Part shown: positions 16,465-24,102 of the stretch, piece by piece
Position numbering within the stretch: the first letter of the stretch is position 1
Layout: the number at the start of each line of letters is the position of its first letter
Assembly: GCA_022783865.1 (NCBI GenBank)
Contig: JALFYY010000007.1
Coordinates: 4,020-68,019 of the forward strand
Direction of reading: 5' to 3'
Length of the DNA stretch: 64,000 nt
DNA from: Bacteroidales bacterium
GTDB taxonomy: Bacteria > Bacteroidota > Bacteroidia > Bacteroidales > Paludibacteraceae
Position numbers and translations under genes: made by a program
The notes under the pieces: model-generated
What the model saw: only the letters and a program-made list of their open reading frames with translations
Database searches by the model: none
Told to the model about the DNA's origin: nothing

Positions 16465-16623
16465 TTAAAGCCAAGTTCCTTTTTCATCCGAATAACGATG
16501 CGCAACATTATTCGGCAGGTAGTCTGCCGTAATAACATAGTATCCTTGCTCGTACGCCGCCTTAATCACAGGCAGCAAATAGTGGATACCACCGAGGAGC
16601 ATTATTTTCTTTTGGACTGACAT
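16465..16623 (-). pseudogene. ATP-grasp enzyme remnant (first ~48 codons only)
   Basis: Not in the ORF track. My translation, MSVQKKIMLLGGIHYLLPVIKAAYEQGYYVITADYLPNNVAHRYSDE, is followed by KGTWL and a stop. It matches the pre-ATP-grasp N-terminus of the roughly 400-aa enzymes usually found beside WbqC and DegT genes (from memory). Confidence 0.5.
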
Positions 16624-16659
16624 ATTATAGCCTTTCTATCTCTTTCAAATATAACTTTT

Positions 16660-18222
16660 TCATATCTTATTTGCAACGCATTGTATCACACGCTCTACAT
16701 CCTCTTGACTTAATGCGTGGTGCATGGGGAGGCAGATGACGCTATCTGCCAACTTATGGGCATTAGGAAGATTAGCGGGCGTTGCTGACGCATACTTATC
16801 GTATGGGCTAAAGGTACTAATCAAAGGATAGAAATAGCGGCGCCCCAAGACATTTTGGGTCTTCATCTTCTCGTATAATGCGTCACGGCTCATACCATAT
16901 TGCGCTTCGTCCACAAAGATAGGGAAATAACTATAGTTATGCCTTACACCCGGCATATCGTCAAAGAAAGTGATACCTTCCACTCCGCGCAAAGCCTCGC
17001 GGTAACGGATGGCAACTTGGCGACGTGCTTCGATGGCAGCATCTACCTGCTTCAAATTGAGCAAACCATAAGCCGCACGCATCTCGTCCATCTTGCTATT
17101 GATACCCGGTGCAACGACCGTTGTCTCTCCACGGAAACCAAAGTTTTTCAAATTGTCGATATGCTCTTTCATCTCTTTGGAACGGCATATCAAGGCACCT
17201 CCCTCTATGGTATTATAGACTTTGGTAGCATGAAAAGACAAGGTGGACATGTCACCATACTGCAGCACAGAGACAAGCCTACCCCTTACCCCTCCCTTAA
17301 GGGAGGGGAGTTGGGCTACTGTTTCTTTGAGTTTAGATACTACTTGGTCGGGGTTATGCAGCAATTCTTCATTGGTAAAACGCAACTCTGTTACTCCTAA
17401 TTGTTGTAATTTGTACGTTCTGCGCGCATCTTCCTCTTGCTGCTCCTGAGTAAAATGGTAGCCACCATCCAACTCAATACTCAACCCCTTATCCACACAA
17501 AAGAAATCTACAATAAAGTCTTGGATGATATGCTGCCTACGGAAATGGAGTTCCAAACCATTTGCTTTCAATATATTCCACAGAACAGATTCTGCTTCTG
17601 TCGGATGTTTACGATGATACTCTGCATGCTCTTTCAGTTTTCCATACAAGACAGGATCTGCTGTATGAGCACCCCATTTGCTTACAAAAGACTCTTTTCC
17701 TTCATGGGAAAATTTAGGAGAGGCTATCTTTACGCCAAACGCATGGGCGGCATCATAAATAACACGCAAGTTGTACTTCTTTGCAATGGCATCGATACGT
17801 TCGACATCGCAGGGCTTTCCATACACATGCACCGGCATAATAGCCGTAGTACGGGGGGTGATAGCCGCTTCTATCTTATCGGGATCGATATTGCCTGTGC
17901 GCGGGTCAATATCCACAAAGACCGGCGTAAGTCCGTTCCACCAAATGGCATGCGTGGTCGCCACAAAAGAATATGGTGTGGTAATAACCTCTCCCTGTAT
18001 GCGAAGTGCTTGCAGAGCCGTGATAAGAGGCAAAGTGCCGTTGGTGAAGAGGGAGATATATTCTACTCCGAGATACTCTGCGAGTGCCTTCTCCAACTGC
18101 TGATGGTAGTAACCATTATTGGTAATCCACTTGCGATTCCAAATATCCTGCAACAACGCATTATACTCCTCCAAATCGGGGAGCAAAGGACAGGTAACGG
18201 TTATTTGACTGGTATTATCCAT
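16660..18222 (-). CDS. DegT/DnrJ/EryC1/StrS-family sugar aminotransferase carrying an in-frame DUF559 endonuclease-like insertion
   Basis: The aminotransferase motifs YDAAHAFGVK (aa 156-165) and TLSFHATK (aa 327-334) are separated by about 150 extra residues. These contain TEAESVLWNILK...FRRQHIIQDFIVDFFCVDKGLSIELDGGYH...RFTNEEL, the DUF559/Vsr-like pattern. Confidence 0.85.
   Translation of the reverse strand: MDNTSQITVTCPLLPDLEEYNALLQDIWNRKWITNNGYYHQQLEKALAEYLGVEYISLFTNGTLPLITALQALRIQGEVITTPYSFVATTHAIWWNGLTPVFVDIDPRTGNIDPDKIEAAITPRTTAIMPVHVYGKPCDVERIDAIAKKYNLRVIYDAAHAFGVKIASPKFSHEGKESFVSKWGAHTADPVLYGKLKEHAEYHRKHPTEAESVLWNILKANGLELHFRRQHIIQDFIVDFFCVDKGLSIELDGGYHFTQEQQEEDARRTYKLQQLGVTELRFTNEELLHNPDQVVSKLKETVAQLPSLKGGVRGRLVSVLQYGDMSTLSFHATKVYNTIEGGALICRSKEMKEHIDNLKNFGFRGETTVVAPGINSKMDEMRAAYGLLNLKQVDAAIEARRQVAIRYREALRGVEGITFFDDMPGVRHNYSYFPIFVDEAQYGMSRDALYEKMKTQNVLGRRYFYPLISTFSPYDKYASATPANLPNAHKLADSVICLPMHHALSQEDVERVIQCVANKI
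17289..17308. repeat. 20-nt perfect palindrome CCCCTCCCTTAAGGGAGGGG at the 3' edge of the DUF559 insertion
   Basis: Read directly. It is translated on the minus strand as PSLKGG inside the DegT ORF. Confidence 0.9.
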
Positions 18223-18225
18223 GTA

Positions 18226-19515
18226 TTAGCGGAGTTTGGTCTCTGTGTAGTTGAATTTTGGTGTTATATCACCGGGTTCACGCCCCATCCATGCTCCGAT
18301 TTCCAATTGCTTGTTCGACAAAGTAAACGAAAGCACATCAGAGCCACGATCTCCAATCAAATGCCGGATTCCGCCATCTGATGTTACCGCCATCAAATCA
18401 ATAATATAATTACCCCAATTCAGGAAATCGCGAGGAATATAGCAACGTTGTTCGTATTCTCCTGTTTCATGGCACTTATCGTAACAACGTCCGCCCCCAC
18501 TTGTCGAGAAGATACGATTTCCTTGCTCATTTTTCCAATGCATCGTAAGCCAAAAATTATCAAACGCCCGTGTTAAACGATAACGAATTACCATTTCCAA
18601 TTCATCATCCACGCGCATTACAGCATCATATCCGGCGCCACGTTTACGAATGCCTATTTCACACAATTCAAATCCACCGCCTTTAATCTCAGGTTCGTTC
18701 CAAGCTTTATAATTTTCGATATCATTATCCCCACGAAGATAACGACTCACAATCGGGTCAATATCACCAGATTCCAACAATTGACCATTCTGCAAAATAA
18801 TACCATGCTTGCACAAGGCTTTGACACTTGCCATGTTGTGGGAAACGAAGAGAACGGTGCGGCCTTCGCCGTGGGAGATGTCTTGCATCTTGCCGATAGC
18901 CTTCTTCTGGAACTCGGCATCACCAACCGCAAGGACTTCGTCAACAACCAAAATCTCCGGGTCAAGATGAGCCGCAATGGCAAAGCCCAAACGGACCGTC
19001 ATACCGGAACTATAACGCTTCACCGGCGTATCGATATAACGCTCACAACCGGAAAATGCCACAATCTCATCCAACTTGCCGGAAATCTCCGCCTTTGTCA
19101 TCCCCATAATGGCACCATTCATGTAGATATTCTCACGCCCCGTCATCTCCGGATGGAAACCCGTACCCACCTCCAACAAAGAAGCAATACGTCCACGGGC
19201 ACGGATTGTACCCGTAGTAGGCGCAGTAACACGACTGAGGAGTTTCAGCAACGTGCTTTTGCCGGCACCGTTCTTCCCGATAATACCTACCACATCGCCC
19301 TGCTCCACCTTGAAATCGATGTCACGAAGCGCCCAAACGTATTCGCTACTGCCTTTTGTAGCACGGTCGTTGGTTTCGCCTATCTTGAGATACGGGTCCT
19401 CGTGGCGCAAAACAGAAGTCTGCCACCAACGGTTAAGGTCGTGCGACAAAGTACGTGTAGAAACAAGCCCAAGGCGGTATTGTTTACTGACATGATTGAA
19501 TTCGATTGCCGTCAT
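18226..19515 (-). CDS. polysaccharide/teichoic-acid export ABC transporter ATP-binding protein (Wzt/TagH-like) with C-terminal extension
   Basis: Walker A GKNGAGKST, signature YSSGM and Walker B ILVVDE are present, plus a roughly 170-aa C-terminal beta-rich domain as in Wzt. Confidence 0.9.
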   Translation of the reverse strand: MTAIEFNHVSKQYRLGLVSTRTLSHDLNRWWQTSVLRHEDPYLKIGETNDRATKGSSEYVWALRDIDFKVEQGDVVGIIGKNGAGKSTLLKLLSRVTAPTTGTIRARGRIASLLEVGTGFHPEMTGRENIYMNGAIMGMTKAEISGKLDEIVAFSGCERYIDTPVKRYSSGMTVRLGFAIAAHLDPEILVVDEVLAVGDAEFQKKAIGKMQDISHGEGRTVLFVSHNMASVKALCKHGIILQNGQLLESGDIDPIVSRYLRGDNDIENYKAWNEPEIKGGGFELCEIGIRKRGAGYDAVMRVDDELEMVIRYRLTRAFDNFWLTMHWKNEQGNRIFSTSGGGRCYDKCHETGEYEQRCYIPRDFLNWGNYIIDLMAVTSDGGIRHLIGDRGSDVLSFTLSNKQLEIGAWMGREPGDITPKFNYTETKLR

Positions 19516-19539
19516 TTTAAGAGAGTAAATTTAACGGGG

Positions 19540-19547
19540 CAAAGTTA
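19540..19547 (-). promoter_or_regulatory. -7 box TAacTTTG (ABC ATPase / glycan operon)
   Basis: 25 nt upstream of ATG 19515. Confidence 0.5.
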
Positions 19548-19630
19548 GCAAATATATTTGAGGCTTGCAAATGTTTTTTATGTTTAGAGTTGAGTAAGAA
19601 CAATAAAGCATGAACTATTGTACAATCGTC

Positions 19631-20590
19631 TTAGTCGAAGAGGCAACGGCAGGTGTAGCGTTTGCGGTGCGGGATACGCCACGAGAGTCCCAACTCCAAT
19701 CCGAGCGAAAAAGCGTTCGCCCTGTTGCCGACAAGGTCGGTATCGAGCAGAGAAGTATAGTCGGGCATGAAGGCATGCAACGACTCCATACCCGGACGGT
19801 CGTTGCGGAAGCCGAGTTCTGAGACAGTCCGTCCAGCGGGCATGATGTCGGTGAAACCTCCTTCGAAGAAGAAGCGGCACGTGAGAGACATGTGCGCCGT
19901 GAGCGGCACCGCCACTCCGACTTTGAGAAAAGCACTCCACATATCCCTATATTTTACCTCTGTCCGGGGATTGAAATCAGTCTCGGTATAGAATCCGTAA
20001 GGCGGCAAGTCGTAGAGCAGCAGATGCCACTTGTCGTACCAGCCCGTATGGGTGACAGAGCCTGAAGCAACGGTACCTCCGGACAAGTAGATGCCATATT
20101 TGACCCCCACTTCCGCCAAGAAACGGATTTGCCCGACGGGGACATCGAAGCGCAAAGAGACAGGGAACTGCGCATAGAGCGCATTGTGCCGTTCGCGCCA
20201 GCCAGACAGCATAAGACGGTGTTCGTAAGGCTCACCATCGGAATCGGTCTGCCCCGCCCACGACAAAGCGGAAGGCGGAGTGAGTGCAGCACCATAGCGC
20301 GACAAGTCCACTCCGAGAGACACACCTACCACAGGTGTAAAGAACAGCGTGTAGCCGGCATGCGCCGTGAGTCCCCACGAGCCTGCATTGGATACCTCCT
20401 GCGCCAAAGGACGATAGGCGATATCACTCCAACCGCCTCCGACCGAAAGTTCGAAAGCGGAACTTGTACCCCCGTCCGCCGCCTTTACCACAGAGAAAGG
20501 CAGCAGAAAGGCAACAGCAAGACACCAGCGGAAGAAAATGCCAAGACTGCCAGAAGACGTATTTATTTGACGATAATCCTTACTATCCAT
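19631..20590 (-). CDS. outer-membrane beta-barrel protein (paralogous to the barrel of 24103-25875)
   Basis: It has a signal peptide and alternating beta-strand pattern. It shares W.G..DSDGE.Y.H...WRE and (G/D)FYTET with the 590-aa protein. Confidence 0.65.
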   Translation of the reverse strand: MDSKDYRQINTSSGSLGIFFRWCLAVAFLLPFSVVKAADGGTSSAFELSVGGGWSDIAYRPLAQEVSNAGSWGLTAHAGYTLFFTPVVGVSLGVDLSRYGAALTPPSALSWAGQTDSDGEPYEHRLMLSGWRERHNALYAQFPVSLRFDVPVGQIRFLAEVGVKYGIYLSGGTVASGSVTHTGWYDKWHLLLYDLPPYGFYTETDFNPRTEVKYRDMWSAFLKVGVAVPLTAHMSLTCRFFFEGGFTDIMPAGRTVSELGFRNDRPGMESLHAFMPDYTSLLDTDLVGNRANAFSLGLELGLSWRIPHRKRYTCRCLFD

Positions 20591-22158
20591 TGCGTACGTT
20601 CAGCTCCAGTGAGCCGAACCAGATAAAAGCCTTTCGGCAGGTTAGACAATACATTTTCCCCTTCCTTTACGGGAACAGCAGTGACAAGCCGTCCGTCGGG
20701 ACAGAAGAGCGCAAGTGCCGTATAAGCGGCATCAGACAAGGTGAGCACCAAAGTGCCGCCACGTGACACCAACCGTGCCGGAGAAGCATCGGCATAAGTG
20801 TCGGCACTGCGGGGAATGGCTGCATAAGGGAGTGCACAAGAACATTGTTCCTCACCCGAACGCATGCGGGCACATACATGGAAAACGGAGGCAGCCGTAG
20901 CCTTGCCGCCCGTATCAGGGAAATAGAGGAATTGCTTGGTTTCGCCCTCCAACGGACGCCCGTCGCAATACCATTGCCAAGCGATATAGGCATCGTCGGC
21001 ATTGCTGCAAAAGAGCACATCGGTCCACTTGGCATAGACCATGTCTTCTTTGCAGACAGGAGACGGAGGCGGGTCGGGCAAACAACGCACCGTATCGAGG
21101 ACAAGGACATGCAGAATACTATCGCATCCCCGAGGGCTCTGTTCTATCCATTCGACCCTATCGGGTTTAGTGAAAGTATAGCCCTGCCACTGATAGGGCA
21201 AGAGCGTATCGCAAACAACGGTATCCTGCACATCTTCGAAAGGCGTAGGACAAGGAAGATTGCAATCGTGCGGCTTGATAACAAAGACATTCTCATATAC
21301 CACTATATTGTCAATCGTAGTGGTTTTCTGGAACATGATATCGTCGAGGCAGAAATCGTTGCCACTGGACGAGGTGTTGTTGTCGTACACTCCAATAAGC
21401 ACTTCGTTAGAGGAAACAGGAGATTTCCACGTTGTTTCTATCAGTTCCCACGCATTGAGCGGAGAGGCCTTTCCCAAGGTATGTTCGGTGCCCAGATTAT
21501 AGGTCTGCGAACGTCCTGAAGCGTCCTTGCAAACGATGACGAACTGCAAGCGTGCCGGAGAATTGTTGGGATTTTTGTTGGGATATGCCGCCCAGTAGGA
21601 GAAAAGATAGGTAGAGTCCTTTTCAAGCACCAAATCGGGGTTGTCTTTGGTCTCGGCTTTCCACGCATAACCGTCGGTACCTGCATCGAACAGCGCAAAC
21701 CAGTTGCCTCCATGCGGACGGACCGGATAGAAATCTTTCCAGAAGTAAGAAGCATCGTGCGTGATGGCATAGAGATTGGAAGCTCCTCCGTGATTACTAT
21801 AGTACTGCGACGGGTCCCAACCGGCATAAGCATAGTCGGAAGAGAAAGAGGCAGGAGGGTTCGCCTCGAAGTCGCCATTCGCCATTAAATTGAACTTTGC
21901 ACTTACCGTCTTTTCCAGCACTTGGCACACATAAACAGCGGGCGCATCCGCCTGCACAATGACGGAACGACGGTCGTCGGGCAACAAATGCCCGTCTTTG
22001 GTCCACCGATAGGCATCGCCCGACTGAGTTGCCGTAAGAATCTGCTGGACACCGATACAAGGCGTCAGAGTGGTAGTTTCGGAGGGATACTCTTCCCCCC
22101 GAACTATCAGTGCACAGACGCTCAGCAATATTATCAACAGACTACTACGCAAACGCAT
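20563..22158 (-). CDS. secreted CBM-like (GDFE jelly-roll) protein with T9SS C-terminal sorting domain, paralog A
   Basis: It has a signal peptide. The central domain reads NLMANGDFE...HGGNWFALFDAGTDGYAWKAET...SPARLQFVI...NDFCLDDIMFQK. The tail LPKGFYLVRLTGAERTQWIVRIIVK is typical of a type A CTD. Confidence 0.7.
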   Translation of the reverse strand: MRLRSSLLIILLSVCALIVRGEEYPSETTTLTPCIGVQQILTATQSGDAYRWTKDGHLLPDDRRSVIVQADAPAVYVCQVLEKTVSAKFNLMANGDFEANPPASFSSDYAYAGWDPSQYYSNHGGASNLYAITHDASYFWKDFYPVRPHGGNWFALFDAGTDGYAWKAETKDNPDLVLEKDSTYLFSYWAAYPNKNPNNSPARLQFVIVCKDASGRSQTYNLGTEHTLGKASPLNAWELIETTWKSPVSSNEVLIGVYDNNTSSSGNDFCLDDIMFQKTTTIDNIVVYENVFVIKPHDCNLPCPTPFEDVQDTVVCDTLLPYQWQGYTFTKPDRVEWIEQSPRGCDSILHVLVLDTVRCLPDPPPSPVCKEDMVYAKWTDVLFCSNADDAYIAWQWYCDGRPLEGETKQFLYFPDTGGKATAASVFHVCARMRSGEEQCSCALPYAAIPRSADTYADASPARLVSRGGTLVLTLSDAAYTALALFCPDGRLVTAVPVKEGENVLSNLPKGFYLVRLTGAERTQWIVRIIVK

Positions 22159-22172
22159 ACAATTATGTATAA

Positions 22173-24071
22173 TTAGAAGACAACTTGTTTTTCTGCCTCC
22201 ACAGAGCCGTCGCTGTAGGTAACGACTATCAAGCGGAAGTTGGTAGATACTTCATACATACGGCGTACCACCTCCATTCTTGTATTATCTGCCGGATAGA
22301 CAGCAGCAGAGGGTTCGGCATCGGCAAACGTAGTATGGCACGATTCAACTTCGCCGTTGACAACCACCCAGAACTCATCGTCAGGAGCGGGCTCGCTCTC
22401 CATACGGAAATACTGCCCCGTGGCACCTTCGACAAGCTGCCCGTTGCAATACCATTGATAAGAGGTATAGCGTTTTTCGCTATTATCCACGAAAAGGAAA
22501 TCGTTCCACTTACGATAAACATTCAGGTCGCACTGCGGCTCGTTGCAGTCTTCGACAGTAATGATGTAATGGTCGGTGAACGCCACCCGAGATTCGCTAT
22601 AGGAAACGGTTTGGAACATGATATCGTCTAAACAGAAGTCGTTGCCCGTGCCCGCATTGGAGTTCAAGTCTTTGACACCAATCATGACCTTGGTAGAATT
22701 GACAGGCGATTTCCACGTGACAGTCTGCTGATGCCACTCGTTGTCGTCGGTAGGCAGGGTATAAGGCTCACCCAAGTTTTCTTCGGTACCATCGTAGGAA
22801 ATAACGAACTGCAAACGGGCAGGAGAATCGCTCTCGGATGCTCCATTGGGATGTGCCGCCCAATAGGAGAAATAGTAGATGGAATCTTTCAGAATAACGA
22901 GGTTGGGATTGTCCTTTGTATGGTCGGAAGCACATTCCGTTTCCGCTTTCCATGCGTAACCTGACTTGCCTGCATCGAAGAGTCCGAAAAGATTACCTCC
23001 ATGCGGCGTTACCGGTTCATAGTTCTGCCAAAACCAATTGGCATCGTCGGTAAGGGTATAAAGGTTGGATGTTTCAGGGTGCGCCGTATAATAGTTATGC
23101 TCGTTGGACACATAAGCATAATCGGAAGTGAAACCGACATTGTCTTCGAAATCGCCTCCAAGCATAAGGTTGCGCTCGGCATTGACTACCGTCTTATAGG
23201 CAGTGACAGTGACATGATAAGTCTGCTGCTTATCGGTAGGAAGCGCAAGTGTACGTGCCGTTTCGCCATCGACCGGTACCTGCTGCACTTCCCACGCATA
23301 GACTTCGGCATCGACCGCAGAGGTGAGTTGCAATTCGTCGCCCATACATACAGTGAGCGAAGTGGTCTTCTCGCATTCGGGTGCAGGTGCCACCACCTTG
23401 ATTTGCTTTTCTTCCAGCAACAAAGTGCAAGCGACATCGCCATAGAGACCGACCATGAAGGCGACCTCATCCCCCTGCTGCAGGTTGAGACCGGTAACGG
23501 TATATTCGTAAGGAGAATGCGGCGTCTTGACCAATTTGTCTTTTTCGAGCATACTGCTGCTGATGCGCAACCCGCAAGGAGCACCGTCAAAACGAAAGGC
23601 AAGTTCCGCCATATAGGTGTCATCGGCACAATTGTACACAAGATTGCAATCTGCCGACTGCAAAGCAGTAGCCCCTGTAGCAGAAGGAGCCGCCGCCCAA
23701 TGAAATTCCCTTCCGTTCTCCGTATCGATAACACAATAGGGCTTAGACTTGGACCAACCGTTGGCATCCTCGGTATGGGTACCGACTTGCCCGTTGACCG
23801 CAGCCGCCGTTTCGGAATCGCTGTAGCAGAAACGGATATTGTCTTGCGTGGAGGTTGTGGCTGTGTACTGATATACACCGTCGTTGCCCGTGACGGGCGT
23901 CATTTTGTAGGACTTGTTGTCACGACTGAGGTATATATAGTAGGACTTCTTGCAGCACCAATGCTGTGTAACATCCAGATAGATAATAGCCCCCTTGGGT
24001 ATATCGGCAAATGCAGCTACTGCTGCAACCAACGCCAACAAACTGATATATAAACGCTTCTTCATATTCAT
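22173..24071 (-). CDS. secreted CBM-like protein, paralog B (extra N-terminal domain)
   Basis: MNMKKRLYISLLALVAAVAAFA signal peptide. NLMLGGDFE...HGGNLFGLFDAGKSGYAWKAET...SPARLQFVI...GNDFCLDDIMFQT is colinear with paralog A. The start was trimmed to Met10. Confidence 0.7.
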   Translation of the reverse strand: MNMKKRLYISLLALVAAVAAFADIPKGAIIYLDVTQHWCCKKSYYIYLSRDNKSYKMTPVTGNDGVYQYTATTSTQDNIRFCYSDSETAAAVNGQVGTHTEDANGWSKSKPYCVIDTENGREFHWAAAPSATGATALQSADCNLVYNCADDTYMAELAFRFDGAPCGLRISSSMLEKDKLVKTPHSPYEYTVTGLNLQQGDEVAFMVGLYGDVACTLLLEEKQIKVVAPAPECEKTTSLTVCMGDELQLTSAVDAEVYAWEVQQVPVDGETARTLALPTDKQQTYHVTVTAYKTVVNAERNLMLGGDFEDNVGFTSDYAYVSNEHNYYTAHPETSNLYTLTDDANWFWQNYEPVTPHGGNLFGLFDAGKSGYAWKAETECASDHTKDNPNLVILKDSIYYFSYWAAHPNGASESDSPARLQFVISYDGTEENLGEPYTLPTDDNEWHQQTVTWKSPVNSTKVMIGVKDLNSNAGTGNDFCLDDIMFQTVSYSESRVAFTDHYIITVEDCNEPQCDLNVYRKWNDFLFVDNSEKRYTSYQWYCNGQLVEGATGQYFRMESEPAPDDEFWVVVNGEVESCHTTFADAEPSAAVYPADNTRMEVVRRMYEVSTNFRLIVVTYSDGSVEAEKQVVF

Positions 24072-24102
24072 GGTTGATTGAATTATCTCATATAACAATA
24101 CA

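Noticed and set aside
16402-16620. 72-aa plus-strand ORF between WbqC and DegT.
   Set aside because: It is antisense to the recognisable ATP-grasp N-terminal stub and has no features of its own.
17272-17727. The DUF559 insertion in DegT considered as an intein.
   Set aside because: There is no N-terminal Cys/Ser nucleophile block, no C-terminal His-Asn and no Hint-domain motifs. The inserted sequence is colinear with free-standing DUF559 proteins instead.
19584-20325. Multiple overlapping 100-165-aa ORFs in both strands across 19.6-20.8 kb.
   Set aside because: They are GC-rich alternative frames of the beta-barrel gene and the 3' end of paralog A. They are Arg/Pro/Ser-rich and have no independent start context.
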